NCBI GenBank assembly: GCA_002104945.1
Contig: MCFH01000088.1
Location: 62,001 to 126,000, forward strand
Source of the DNA: Piromyces finnis finn
Lineage: Eukaryota > Fungi > Neocallimastigomycota
Reading direction: 5' to 3'
Length of the DNA stretch: 64,000 nt
Below the pieces are notes generated by a model, which saw only the letters and a list, made by a program, of their open reading frames with translations, was not told the DNA's origin and searched no databases. This document shows positions 1 to 15,500 of the stretch, one piece after another; within the stretch, counting starts at the first letter, position 1; each line of letters opens with the position of its first letter. A program made the translations under genes and the position numbers.

Positions 1-157
1 AAAAAAAAAAAAAAATCAATAATAAAAATATGTCATTAAAGGATACATTTATTAACAATATTATAATGCTTTAAAATTTTCATTATCTTTAAATAATAAT
101 ATTATAAATATGTGTAAATTTGTTAAATTTGGAAAATAATATTCTATTATGGTTGTC

Positions 158-1601
158 TTAATAACTTCTTTTTTTCTTGTCATTCCTATGAGGATTTGAA
201 ACTATACATCCTTTTGATCCAATTTTTTCTTGTTTAGATATTCCGGAGAAATTTAAACTAACCAATTGGGGTATCATTAATATAACATAAAAACGATAAT
301 TTCTATCTTCTTCAATTGGATTTCCATGTAAGGTTAGAGATTTTAAATTTGGAAGTTTTGCTAATTTATCGATTTCTGTTATTTTTGATATTTTATTTGC
401 ATGTAAGAAAAGTGTCTTTAAATTTTCAAACCGTAATATGCACTATTAAATAAGTTATACATTAAGTTTTAATATGTTGAAATTGAATTATAATAATAAT
501 ATAATAATAATAATTATTATTATAATAATAAATAATAATAATATGAATAAATGCATTAAAAAAAAAAAAATTAGTTTTTACACCCAAAATATATTTGAAA
601 AAAATAGTATAATTCATGTCAAGTAACTTTTAAGATAAATTATTTTTATGTTTTTGTAGTTAATATTATTTTATATATTATATATTGATATAAACCTCAT
701 GGATTTGCTCGAGTGAATTAAATGATAAATCAATCCATGACAAATTTTTAAAAGGATCGGAAATAATTTTTTCTGTTATTACATCTAAGCCTTCCAAAGA
801 CAAAAAATTGTTGTTAGATAGACGAAGAGCACGATTTACATATTTAACACATTGTTTTTCATTTTCCTCGATAACTGGTATTCCATCCTTATGATGATAT
901 TTATACGTTGAAGATATAGGAACCATTGGAATAATTAATGCTGTTATTGTATTTATTTGTAAAATAAATATAATAATTTTAATTTTAATGAATTTTTAAT
1001 TTTAAAAAAGAAATATATGTTTATTACAATAAAGATTATAATATATATATATATATTTCTTTAATTTATTCACATTTAATCACCTTTATTAATATTTTTT
1101 TTATTCCATCCTGGTTGACTTTCTTTATTTTCGTTTTCTCCTTTTTCTTCATTTTCTGATTCTATATCTTCTTCATTTTTTGCTTTATCTTTTTCCTTAT
1201 TTATTTTTTTCTTTCTGCTGCTTTCAGTCTAACATAGAATATTTTTGTTTATAAGTTGGAAATAATTTAATTAAATATTAATAAAATCGGATAAGTGCAA
1301 AAAATAGAAAGTAATAATGTTTATCCTACTTGATCTATTTTTCCAAGTCTTGGTTCTTCTTCAAGAATTTCTAATATTAGTAATTATTATTTGAAAAGAT
1401 TAGTTTAATAAGTAAAACTATATTATTAAAAAATAAAGATATTTGTCTATACATAAAGCATTAATAAAATATAAATCTACCTGATACTTCTATCATTTCT
1501 TTAAATGAATAATCTAATGGTACAGCAGTTTGGACACCCCATGAACTAGCAACCACACTTTTAACATTCTCATATTTATTACTTTTATATCCTTCAATCA
1601 T
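158..1601 (-). CDS. LRRC51: Leucine-rich repeat protein 51 homolog (ciliary), multi-exon
   Basis: Exons read manually: VQTAVPLDYSFKE (ATG 1601), EILEEEPR, ALRLSNNNF..LSWIDLSFNSL, LFLHANKI..LAKLPNLKSLTLHGNPIEEDRNYRFYV, stop at 158-160. This follows the LRRC51 motif order. Confidence 0.85.
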
Positions 1602-2966
1602 TTTTATTATATACTATATTATATAATTATAATAATAAAATTATAATATTTTATTAAAACTTTTAAATTTTCTTTATTCAAATTAAACATTTTTTATTTT
1701 CTTTTATTTTTTTTTTTTTTTTTATTTTTCATAATAAACTTTAAATCAAATAAAGTTTATAAAAATATATGAATTTATACATGGTCTCTAATATACAACA
1801 AAATTAATATTCAAATCTTCCCTTTTTATCAATAAGAATTATATAACAAATTTTATTTTCCAACATTGAATAAAAAAAAAAGTTTAAACACTTTTTTAAA
1901 GTTTAAACAATTCATTAAACAAATAAAAAAAAAAATTCATCTTTAAAGTATATTTTCACACAAAACTTTAAAACTTATTCTTAAAAATAAATCTTAATAA
2001 TCAAAAGAACTACCTTCAACTTATTTTAATCTTAATTTTTACATTCAATTTAACTTTTTATTTTTTTTCATTTTTTTTTTGAAATGTTTCAACGCTACTA
2101 TCCAATCACAAACATGGAGAAGGTCTGTAGATTAGCGAAACGAAGAATTCGTGTTTACTCTTTGCCATTTAGAGTGACCATAAATTACATGTTTTTTATG
2201 TTAGCGAATAGTGAAAATGAAATAACTTCATAACCACTAAAAATACCAACAAAAAAATGGAATTTAGGTTAAAGATTGGCATTCCACTTTTTTCCTTATT
2301 ATTTTTTTTTTCGTATATATAATTTAAATTTAATAAAAAACTCTTCTATTAAATATAATTCATATATACTTTTTTTATAAATAATAAAAAATAATAAAAA
2401 AAATTTGATATTAAAGAAAAATGAATTTTAACCTACAAATATTTATAGTTTTTTATAACCAATCAAATTAAAGAAAGAATCAACCATTAAAATTTAATAG
2501 AATATATTTTATTGATTTTTTAATATAGTTAATTAAATAAATAAATTGAATATAAAATAAATAAATCATGAATGAATAATTAAATAAATAAATTTATTAT
2601 GAAATAAATAAATCAAAGGTTGTAGTTAAAAGATCTAATAGTATTATTATAGTATTATTATAGTATTATTATAGTATTGATGTTTTTTGTTTTTTTGTTT
2701 TTTTTTTTTTTGTTTTTGTTCTTTTTTTTTATAAATAATAATTTAAAGTATATTTTGTTTTTTATTTAATATTTTTTTATTTATTTCATTTATTCTTTTT
2801 TTTTTATTTATTTTATCAATTTTTTTTAAAAAATATTCATTTGCATTACATTGACAAAAACAATTATAAAAAAAAGTTTTTTTTAACAGATGATTTTTTT
2901 ACTATACAAAATGTTAATGGATATATAAGATTATTTATGTAATTAATTCATAGACATTTAAAAATT

Positions 2967-5900
2967 TTATGAGTTCACTTCTTTGGTGGAACTCTCTATG
3001 ATTTCTTTTTTTTCTTTATTATCAACTACTGCTTCATTATTTTCTTTTTCTTTCTTATTCTTCTTTCTCTTTTTAAATTCTTCTTTTAAAACCAATGCTA
3101 ATGGAACCGATATTGGTAAGAATAGTGGCATATATACAGCATATTTATGCTCATCTGGGAAGTAAAGCATAGATACCATAGTTGGATCAAAGAAGGCTTC
3201 TTCTGATGCAACTAACGCATTCTTTGAATATAAAAAGACTTGCTTATAATTTCCTCCATTAATTTCTTTATAAGCCTAGAAATTTATTTAAATTTTATAT
3301 ATTATAAATATTAATATAAATGCTAAACAGAATAGTTTAAAATATTGAAAATAATAATAATAATAATATATATATATTTACATTATCAAGGCATTCTAAA
3401 GCAAATAAAACTTTTTCTTGTATTTTATCTAATACAACCATATTTGAAAGAGAACCTACTAATTTAGCAAGTGAGTTTAATGTTCTTGATGCATTAATTA
3501 AATTTTGAACTGTTCTTTTTCTTAATAATTGATCTAATTCCCATGAAGTAATACCTCTCTTAGAATCAGTACTATATAATACTCTAACATTTCTCTTCAA
3601 AATTAAAAATATATATATAATTTTAATAAAAGAAAAATATTGTTACAACATAAATAATTTTAAAATCTTAAAAATTCACTTACAGGAAGATCGGTTGGTA
3701 AGAATTTAATTTCATTGATACCTAATAAACTTCTAAGTTGATCTAAGAATAATTCCATAATTGGCTGAAGATCATTTACTGTATAGTTATAATAATTACT
3801 ATTACCATTAGTATTAGCTTCAGCATCAGTAGTATTTCTATTTTTATCTATAACAATACCACCCCATCTTGGAATTAAGAATGCATTTGTTTCTAAAATA
3901 TCACCTAGAGATAAATAATAATATTAGTAATATGTAAAAATAATACTAATAAAATGAATAGCTTTTTTTTATATTATTTCTATTATTTTTTGATAAATTT
4001 TGTAATAATCACCTTTAGAATCATGAATATAAAGAGGAGATTGTGAGATTGGGGGTATATATAAAATAAAGTTAATTGGTGGTGCAGTAGAAACTGGTGA
4101 AGCTATTTATAAAATAATAATTAATAATAAACTTTTATTTATAAGATATGAAATAATTATTGCAAATAAAAAAAAAAATTAAATATACCTAAATTCCATT
4201 CTGCTGAATTGATGAAATGTCCTAAATTCTTAGTTTCTAAATAATAATGAGCATTGTCGTTTGTATTACTATATTTAGCAGATAATGGTGAAGTACCGAA
4301 ATTCTGAATCTTTTTAAAAAAATATATATGATTATATATATATTATATTAATGTTTTAATTTAGAATTTCTTTTAAAAAAAAAACTAAATCATCTTTATA
4401 AATTAAATTTACTTGTGATGAGATTTCAAATTTTGAAATTAAAGATAATGTTTCAAAAAATGGACTAAAGTAAGCTATATTCATAAATTTTTCATTATAT
4501 AAATATTTATATATATATAAATTTTATCATGATTATTATTATTTCTTTATATATATATATAAACTATACAAAAGTAATTATAAAATATTTATACATTTGA
4601 TGGCTTTTTCAATATCCCAGTTGACGATATAATCATTTACATTTCCGTTAAATAAGCTATATAAGATTTGATAGTTAGAAGCATATTTAAATGTTCTCAT
4701 CTTCTTAATTTCTTCCTGTTTGTTCATCATTGATAGATTAAGTTGAAATTATTAAAGTTATATAAATATGAATAGGGATTTTTTTTTTTTTTTGTTACAA
4801 AAAACATATAATGTTAGAAAAGGTAAATAAATTACTTTAGATTCATTTTCTTCACGTTCTTCTGTAAAAGATGAAATAATATCAGTATGTTCGTTTTCAA
4901 ACAAGTTTATTATAATTGGAACGGAATATTTTATTATATTTTCTTTAATTGAAATAATATAATATATATTATTATTTAAACATAAAATTATTATACATAA
5001 AAACATTTTTTTCAATAAGAATAAAGTAATATATATTATATATTAAGATAAAAGAAAGTATTTCAATAAAAAAAAATGGGATATAAAAAAAATGATACTT
5101 TTATAATATAAAAATTATAAAAATACATTGTTTTCATTTATACCTTCTGTCAATTCCTTTAAAAATACCATGAATTGTTTATTTTTTCCAATATAAATAT
5201 CTGCAAAAGATTTTGCACTTTCTTTTTGCTTCAATATATAAATATTATATTCATCATCATTCTTTGTATCTAATGTTAGCAAATCATCAAAATTTTCTAA
5301 AAATATTCATTTCAAAATATAAATAGTTAAAATTAAATGGGCGTTACATTTCATATCACCTTTAATTAAAAAAAAATATAAATTATTTATTTTTATTTTA
5401 AATTAACTTGTATATACCATCTATATCTTTTATTAAACCAATATCTGAATTCCATTTATTAGTTGATTTTGTATTAACATTAAAACTGAATCCAATTTTT
5501 GGTGGATAAGTATACTCAAAATCATCATCTACTGGTGAACTTTCTTGTGAATTGTTACCAATAACATTATTCTTATCAAATTCACTTTGAATTTTTTTAT
5601 TTAATAAATCTATATTTACGTCTTTTCCAATATCATTTGGTAATACGTATGACAATTGAATTGAGAAATTGATATATAATGACTAGTTTATATATATATA
5701 TGTAATTTTAATTAAATATAAAAATAATATATATATGTGTGTGTATTTTTATAGTATTATAAGTAAATAATAATAAAATATATTAATTAAGATAATATTT
5801 ATATTTATATAAAAAATAAAATACATTTGGATTTTGCCACTTTTGAACTTCTTTATATGGAAGGGAAGCTCGATAGACTTCTGTAGTTTTCCACCATATA

Positions 5901-5971
5901 GGAATACCAATTAAAAATACTAACCAAATTGAACCTATAATATGAAGTCTATTTGATACTTTTATTTTCAT
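2967..5971 (-). CDS. PIGS: GPI transamidase subunit PIG-S (Gpi17), multi-exon
   Basis: N-terminal TM GIPIWWKTTEVYRASLP; C-terminal SMLYFPDEHKYAVYMPLFLP; ITSWELDQLLRKRT..TLNSLAKLV. All are PIG-S hallmarks. Confidence 0.92.
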
Positions 5972-6658
5972 TTTTAAAAAAAAAATATTTAGATATACAT
6001 TAAAAGTATTGAATTATAATTTTTTATACTATATTAAACCTTGGTGTTTTTCATATAATTCTCTTTCCTTTCTTGACATGTGTGTTAATTAAAATTAAAA
6101 CATTGATTTTTGCTAATTAATTGTATTATTATTTTTATTTTATATTAACCACTGAAAAAGGACTTTTCCAATAATTTTTTTATATATCTTATTTAAATTA
6201 TTTTTTCTTTTTCTTTCTTTTTTTTTTATTCCTTTTAATAATAATAACAATATTATTACTACTATTTATAAATAGTATTCTTTTTTTTTTAAAAAAAATG
6301 ATTATTCCCTCTATTAATTTATATTTAGTTTTAGTTTTAATTTTTTAAAAAAAAAAAAATACATTCAATAATTTATTTATTTTAATATAATTAATTTAAT
6401 ATATCCAGTAATAAAATTTCATTTATTTATTTATTTTAAAATAATTTATTTTAAAAACTGAAATGATTGTCTAAACTACAAGATGCAAACTTCAGCTTTC
6501 ATATTATAATAATATACTATAATAATTAGAATAGATTTTATTTAAAATTTAATAATATATTATCTTGTATATATAATTAAAAGTTTACAATGGTATTAAT
6601 ACAATAGTAATTATTTTAAAATAAACGTTTTTTTGTTATATTAAAAATACAACTAAAA

Positions 6659-8710
6659 CTACCAAATTTTATACCATTCCTTTGTTGAACTATTTACTTT
6701 AGGAATTGGTATAGGATATGACGGTGTATCTATTCAATAAATATATATATATATATTTAATTATTTATCATTTTTAAATTTGATATGTACAAATTTGATA
6801 ATATCTACCTGAATTTAAAGAAATACTTTTTCTCGCTCTATTGGGAAATATTGTTTCATCATCCCTACAATAGATATATTAAAATTATACCATTAAAAAT
6901 ATTGATAATAAAAAAAAAGAATAATAAATTACAAATGCTCTCTTACACAATTAGATTTGGTGTTTTCTTAAATTTAAATGGTAATTCTGTTATTTCGTTT
7001 CCTTTGATACATCTATTGAATTAGATTAATTATATTAATTAGATTTCAATAATTAAGATTAGTCTAAAGTAATTTTAACTCTTAAAATTAAAAATATATA
7101 TATAAAATCATAAAGAATATATGTACAATAATTGTAGATTAATTAGTTTTTCAAATGTATTAGGAATACTTCTCAAATAATTATTTTCTAGACGTCTTTA
7201 TAAGTAAATAATATTTTTTAATTAATAAAGTGATTTTTTTAACAATAACATTATATCTGTAGATTAAACTATGAAATTACATTTGTAATAAACTTTCGAT
7301 TCTCCCTATATCTTGTGGAACAAATCTTAATTTATTATTTGATAATGTTCTTTTTTAAAAAATAAATATATATATATATTAAGTATAATAATAAAATTTA
7401 ATAATAAAATTTAATAATGGACTATATACAAATTGATTAAATTATTATAAACATACAAGTAATTTAAATTGGTTAAATTTTTAATTTCTTGTGGTATAAA
7501 AAAGAGTTCATTATCATCTAAATATCTATAAAATTATAATATAAATAATTATATTAATTATAATAAAAACGTATATACCATAATATATAAATTGTTGTTG
7601 TTATTATTTACAATTCTTTTAATGATTTAATAAACAATATTTGTGTTGGGAATTTCTTTAACTTATTCTTCTTCAATGATCTTAAATTTTAATAATTAAA
7701 AATATTATGAAAAATTAACAAGATTTGTTTTTTGTATATTGTAAAAATTAAATTTTATATAAATTAATACATACAGAACAGTTATGTTAAGTGATTTTAT
7801 TCCATCAGGAAGAAATTCAAGGTTATTTTCATCCAAATATCTATTAATTCATTTATTATAGAAAAAACGATTATATCTATGAGTTACAAAACATTAATTT
7901 TCCTTTATTATGAAAATAAGACTTACAACGCCTTTAAATGTTGGAGTAAACTTATATCATCCGATAATAGTAACCATTTACATTTGTTTAATTTTCTAAT
8001 TTTATTTTAAAGAAGATATAAAATTTATTTTTTTTAATATTATTAATAATTCAATATAGATAGATAGATTAATTCATTTTAAAACATACATTGTTGTTAA
8101 ATTTTCTAAACATTTAAATGTCAATGGAACCTGTAGAATAGGGTTATTACATAATGATCTTTTTATATAAATAACAGTTTCAGTATATATGATATTTATT
8201 GAAATATATAAATATTTATGATATCTTTTATTTTTACATTTCTTTTAAGCTTGTCATATTCTCGCAGTTAAATTCCACTTCAGATAAATTATTATTATTA
8301 AGTGTTCTATATGTATTTAATCATTAATAAATATTTCTTTATAAATTATACAAATGTAATTTAATGAATTTAATAAATTTATAATAATTGATGAATTTAC
8401 AATGTTTGTAAATTGTTTAAATTTCCAATTGTTTCTGGTAAAATCTCTAATTTATTGTTTTGCATATTACTATAATTTATTCAAAATTTTTATACATAAT
8501 AATAAAATTGTCATCAATATTAAAAATAATTATTTAAAATGATATTAACTTTTTTTTGAGTTTTCCTATTATATAATAGCATAATGATTAACTTACATAG
8601 TTCTTATATTTTTTAAATTTCCAATTTCAATAGGTAATTGAGATAATTTATTATTTTGAAGATTCCTTTTAAATAGTTAAATAATTTGATTATTATTTAT
8701 CATGTTACCC

Positions 8711-8741
<31 letters not shown>

Positions 8742-10152
8742 ACTATTGATTCCATATAAAATAATTAAAATATCTTACAAAAAATTTAAATTGACTAATT
8801 CCCCAATTCCATTAAACAATGATATTAAACAATTATAACTTAAATCTCTAATAGCATTTTGTAAAATATGAAAATCAACGATAATTTATGATTTTAATTA
8901 TTGTGTATTGTTTATTTCATATTACTAATAATTATTATTATATAAATTTTATAATCCTTCTTACAATTTTTTTAAGGAAATAAGTTTTTTCATTTCATTT
9001 GGAAGTTCTTTAATATTATTGTTAAATAAATACCTACATTAAAATTTGTATATATATAGCATTAAAATATAATATTTCTTATAATATAATAAATATAATA
9101 CTATAAATATAAATAATTGAAATAGTGAATTACAATATATTTAAATTAAATAGTTTTCCTATTTCTGAAGGAATTTCTTTTATATTATTGTTTTGTAATT
9201 TCCTTAATGATAATTAAATTTTATATTTAGTTTGATATATTTCATCTAATGGTATTTCATATATTTTTATTAATCTTACAATTCAGTTAATTTAATTAAT
9301 GATCCAAGATTAGGACTTATTGTGTTGATTTTATTATAACTTAAATTTCTTATAATATTGTTATATGTATATAGATATATGGACATATGGATATAGAATT
9401 AATAATATTTTATTTTATATATAGAATACATAATAAAAATAATAGATGTTTAATATTTAATGAAAGTTTTTGGTAAAACTTTTTTAGTATAATACTGATA
9501 GGTACAATTTATTTAAATTTTTAAGATAACCAATTTCTTTTGGAATGGCCGTTATTTTATTATGTTGTAAGCATCTTTTTTTATAATATGTTTATATAAG
9601 ATTCGTAAAAAAAAGATATATATTAGATATTATCTAAATATTTTTTTTTTTCATAAATAATATGAATATTACATTTCTCTTAAGTTTACTAAATTGCAAA
9701 AATTATAAATACTAATCGTTTGAATATTATTATATTCGAGATTTCTATTTTTTGATAGTATATAATTATAATGAAAATATGGAATATATTATATATTATT
9801 ATTCTTCTTGAAAATTTAATCTTAATATTTATCATTATTAAAATAATAATACAATTTTGTAACATTTTGCAAATGTCTTATTGCTTCAGGAATTGTTTCA
9901 ATATGTTTGTTACTCAGATCCCTTGGTAAATATTAATGATAATGACATAATTATTTTGTTAAATATCTATGCGTTTAAAATTTATATTATATAATATATA
10001 TCAAATTACAATTTTTTGACTTTTTTCAATTTATTTGAGGATTTATTATAAAAGAGCTTGCATGAATGACGTAATGAATCTTGCGATTCACTATCTAATT
10101 CTTTATATATTTTATTTAAAATTTCAACAGGAAGTAAAGTAAATCGGACCAT
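6659..10152 (-). CDS. F-box plus leucine-rich-repeat protein, many short exons
   Basis: First exon MVRFTLLPVEILNKIYKELDSESQDSLRHSCKLFY is F-box-like. It is followed by 69-nt exons such as CLQHNKITAIPKEIGYLKNLNKL and KLQNNNIKEIPSEIGKLFNLNIL. The probable last exon ends ..KEWYKIW*. The 3' exon structure is not fully resolved. Confidence 0.75.
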
Positions 10153-10418
10153 TTACGTTGTACTCTTAAAAAAGTTATTGATATATATAAATAATTAATA
10201 CATTGTTTTGTTCTCTCGATTATCTCTAATATAATTATTTGTATATTTTATTTTATTAACTTTTATTTAAAACTATCGCTTATTATTGTTATTCCAATTA
10301 TTCCATATAATAATAAAAATAAATATTCTATGTATATATTTTATTTATTATTATATTTAATACTTCAATTCATCTTTCTTTTTTTTTTTTTACTATAGTT
10401 AACTCGAATATTTGTTTT

Positions 10419-10456
<38 letters not shown>

Positions 10457-11614
10457 TGGGAAACAAAATTAATTTAGTTTTATAAAAAATAAAGTTTTAA
10501 TATTTTTTTTAAGCTAAAAAGATGTATAAGTTTTTTGATAGATAAATAAATATAAATAATTATATAGAATTATTTATAATTATGATTTTTATGTTTAATA
10601 TAATTTAAAATTTAATACAAAAATAAAAAAAAAAAAGAATTACTTTATATTTAAATAAACGAAATAATAATATTTGTCATAGATTAATGATTTTATTCTA
10701 TTCCATTTTGTATTTTTTATATTCTATTTAAAAAGAAATTACCATTACCATGAATGTGAAATATTTCAATTAAATTCATATTATAGAAATATTGATTTAT
10801 TCTAACTATAATAATTATAAGAATATATTATTATATTATATTTTGATTAAAAAAATACATATTTAATTATAGAACAAAAAAGAGATAAAGTAAGCTTTTT
10901 TTTTATTCTTTTCTAAATATATTTACTATTTAATGTTATGGAATATTCTATTTTAAATTTTTAAAGTTATAAAGTTATTCCTTCCATTGTATATAGTAAA
11001 ATAATATAATATCAAAATAATAATATAAAAGAAGAAAATCCATATATATATTATGTTTTTTTATTATGAAATGCAATTATAACATAGTCAATAGTTCTCT
11101 ATATATCATATATTATTATATATTAATTTTATTTTATTTTTTATCTAATGAACCAAAATGAATATTATTTTAAATAAATGATTTATAATAAGAAAGTATT
11201 GATTATTTTATTTTCCTAGAAATATATGAATATTTTAATGAATAAAATTAAAAAAAAAAAAAAAAAAAAAAAAACTTTATATATATGAATATATGAGTAT
11301 AACAGAAAGAAATAATAATTTTTAATAACAATAAAAAAAGGTTAATAATTTATATCGATGTTATAAAGTAAAAAAAAAAAAAAGTTGTAAAATTTTAAAG
11401 GTTACACAACAATTTAGAAGGAATTAAGAAATACTTAGAATAACAAAAGCTGTCAATAATAATTTAAAATAACAATTTTTAAAGAATAAGCTAGTAATAA
11501 TTTTATTTAATAGTTGAGATAAAGTATAGTTTAGTACTATACAACAATATGTTATTATTGAACTAAATTATAGCTAATGGGCTAATGTTTATACCATTTC
11601 ATTAATATAATTAT

Positions 11615-11669
11615 TATTTATTTATGTATTTATTTATTTATTTATTTATTTATTCATTTATTTATTCAT

Positions 11670-11700
<31 letters not shown>

Positions 11701-11737
11701 TTCATTCATTCATTCATTCATTCATTTATTTATTGAT

Positions 11738-11776
<39 letters not shown>

Positions 11777-11873
11777 TTGATTTATTGATTTATTTATTGA
11801 TTTATTTATTGATTTATTTATTGATTTATTTATTGATTTATTTATTTATTTATTTATTCATTCATTCATTCAT

Positions 11874-11940
<67 letters not shown>

Positions 11941-11941
11941 T
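11615..11941. repeat. Compound tetranucleotide microsatellite (ATTT/ATTC/ATTG)n
   Basis: Visible tandem array in intergenic DNA. Confidence 0.95.
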
Positions 11942-12524
11942 TACTAATCAGTTTAATATAAAATTAAATCCTAAAAATAAATGTTAATGTTGATATATGT
12001 ACCTTTTATAAAAAAAAAAAAGTTATATATTATAATATGTAAATATGGACATTCTACATATTTAAGTATATTTTTGTATTTTCCTTAATATCGATTCCTT
12101 AATAACATCTTTATATATATTTTTTTATTTCTTATTAATCATTTTTTTTACCTTTAAAAAAATCTCGTAAAAAAATAATACTTTAATTTTTTATAATATT
12201 TTTCAAAAAAAAAATTTTTTTATCTATATTTTCCATATTTAATTAAATTTTAAAATTTTGGTTACTGCTGTTAATATTCATTTTTAATTTCATTTATAAT
12301 AAATAAAACAAAACATTTGTTGACTTTTAATCCAATTAATTATTCAATAATTATAACATTTTAAAAATTCATTCATATTTTTAAAATTTATTTAACAACA
12401 ATAACAAAAATAAATATTATTAATGATTTAAGTAAAACAAATAAAAATAATTGTCAATAACATTGTCAAATTATTATAGGCCTTTTTTGTATATACAGAA
12501 TAAAAAGTAAAAAGCAATAAGAAA

Positions 12525-15500
12525 ATGATAACATCATACGAACTAGTAAAATCCTTAGAAAAAAGAAAAATATGGCAGGAATATATGACAAAAAATGAAT
12601 GTAAAATATTAAAAGAAGCCTTAAAGTCCAATGATACATTTAATAATTTTATGAATCAAAGTAAATTTTAATATAATAACATAAATATTTATATATATTA
12701 TATATTATTGTATGTATGCAATATTAATTTAAAAATAATTATATTTTTAACGGCCTTATTTTTATACATATAAAATGTTTGATAATTTAAAAAAGAGGCT
12801 AGTGACCCAATAAATTCAAATTATTTGGCCATGCTTCATACACAACAAATGATTTCAGAACAATTATTATTTGAATTATACAGAGATATACCAAAATGTC
12901 CAATAGATAAAGAACCAAATCCAACTATTAAAGCAATGAAATCTTTATTTAAGCCAATACTTGATGATGATGACGATAATTATGATTTTGATGAAGAAGA
13001 GACAAAAGGTTTAAAATTAGAAATTTATTGCTAAATTTAATTGGCACATTTACATTTATTAAGTATTATAATTACAATTGAATATATTTTATTATTAATA
13101 AAAAAAAAAAAGAAGAGGAAAAGGAAATAGAAAATAAGATAGATGAAGAAGAAGATAAAGAAAATGAAAGAGACTTAATATTAGATGATATGTATTATCC
13201 AATTGATTATGATGAAGAAGCCGAAATTGAATATAATAAAAAAGTAATTTTTTTTGTCTTTTAAAAAAAATTATTTAATTTAAATATTTAGAAAATAAAA
13301 ATATTCATTTCAATATCAATATTCAAATAAAATTAAATCAAAAAATATAAAAATCTAATTTTTACATAGAAATTAGACAAAGAAGTACAAGAAGAAGATG
13401 TGGAAGAAGATGAAGATGAAGAAAAACCAAAAATACAAGTATTGTATATTACTTTTATTATTTTTATGATTTTTCTTGCAGAATACTAAACAACGTTTTT
13501 TTTATACAATCAAACTATATAACTATATATTATAATCTTTAGATGCCAATTAGAAATTATTTGGATCTTCCTAATGCAAAGGTTTATTATTTTAAAAATT
13601 TTTAATAATAACATTATGACATTATGAGTACTTTTCATTAATAAATTAAAAATATTTTGCATGTCAATCATTAGTTTCTTTCTGCATATATTGATAGTCA
13701 TATGTCTTCAAAAGATTCTTATGCTTTGAAGTCATTAATTGCTGACTTAAAGCCAATGAGTAAATCAAAATGGGTATGTATTTTAATTTTATAATATATT
13801 AATTTTTCCTATAATAAAATAAATTATAAATATTAATGCAGTGTCAAATTATAAATATTAATTCTAAATAATAACAAACAACAATATTTAGTATAATGAG
13901 GATAGAATTAATCAAGATGTTTTATATGATCACTGTGAAAGAATATTAAACGAATTAAAAAATTATGTGGTGAGTGATAATATATATTAAACATTTATTT
14001 AAAAATTTGCTAATTTTTTTTTTATTTTAATATTTAATAATTTAAAAGGAACATTCAGGTCCATTTTTAAATAAAGTTAATAAAAGAGATGCCCCTAATT
14101 ATTACGAAAGTATGGAATTTAACTATTTAAATAATTGAATAACTAAAAATAGTGTAATAATAGAAATATATTCATTTGCTATTAGTTATTAAAAAGCCAA
14201 TGGATTTATCTTTAATGTCAAGAAAGCTAAAAGGATTACAATATAACAGTAAAGAAGAATTTTCAAATGATTTAGAATTGATTTGGAGTAACTGTTTGGC
14301 ATATAATACTGACCCAGTAAAAATTAGAACTCTATTATATCAAATATATAATATTAAATAATATATTTAATTTTATTATTTCTATTAATTACTTTTTTAT
14401 TTTTATTTTAACAGAAAAGTCCATTTAGGATGCATGCTATGAAAATGAGAGTAAAAGCAAATTCATTAATGAAGTCTGTACCAGATGTTACTATTAAAAT
14501 AAAAGGAGATTCAGATAGTGAAGATGGTATATAAAAATTATTATTAATGATAATAAATAATATATATTATTATTATTTTTAATCAAAATATTTTTTTATT
14601 GTCAAAAAAAAAGATGCATCACATTTAAATATAAAAGAAAACGTACAAACTAGGTAATAAAAAAATTAAAAATGAAAAATAAATAATAAATATTTAAATA
14701 TTATAATTAATATAATTTTTTACTCTATAAAGTCAAAGCAAAACAGACCCAATGGTTGTAGATAAAATATCAAATATAGATAGTGATGATAAAACAAAAC
14801 AAAAAAAAACAATACCAAACGAAGAAAAAGAATTATTCGAAAAAGGTGAAGATATAAAAACAGTAAAATGGAAAGAAGATTCTTTAAATTTAAGAGCAAC
14901 AAGCTATGTAAGTTTTAAATACTAACAGTTGTTGTTATTAATGTTGTTTTAAAGTATAAATTTATTATTTATACCTTTATTAAACGATTATATAATTTTG
15001 TGTATATTTAATAATATAACTAAAAAGGTTGAAATGGAAAATGAATTTAAAAAGCCATTTAATGAAAGAAAACCAATAATAAGAGATCCACTTGAAATGC
15101 AAAAATATTATATTGAAGAAAAAGAGCATATTGAGAGAATCAAAAATTACTTCAAAAGTAATAATAGCATTGCCAATTCTACTATTGATTTGCCTTCATT
15201 ATCTCAAAATAACTTAAACGATACCAATACTGATGATAAAAATAATTTAAATAATATACCATCTTCATCAGATAATAATAATAAAAAAAATAAAAATCAT
15301 AATAAAACATCAAAATCATTTTATCCAGAATATTCACATTTCTCATCATCTATACCAGAAATACCACAAATACCTTATGATATTGGTACAAAAATAATAC
15401 CGTCAAATGAGTTTGATAGAGAATCAATAGAGTATGAAATGTTTAATATATTAAAAATATAAATATGAATTGTTTAATATATAACTAATAACTGATGGAT

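Noticed and set aside
38-46. Second GTATCCTTT on the - strand
   Set aside because: It lies downstream of the LRRC51 stop with no exon or branch-site context, so it is probably chance.
2093-2106. CGCTACTATCCAAT resembles a stretch of U4atac snRNA
   Set aside because: The K-turn (AUGA/GA) and the U6atac-pairing 5' segment are absent.
2116-2136. GGAGAAGGTCTGTAGATTAG resembles the RNase P CR-I motif (GGGAAGGUCUGAGACUAG)
   Set aside because: No complementary CR-V (CAGAC) is found downstream to close helix P4.
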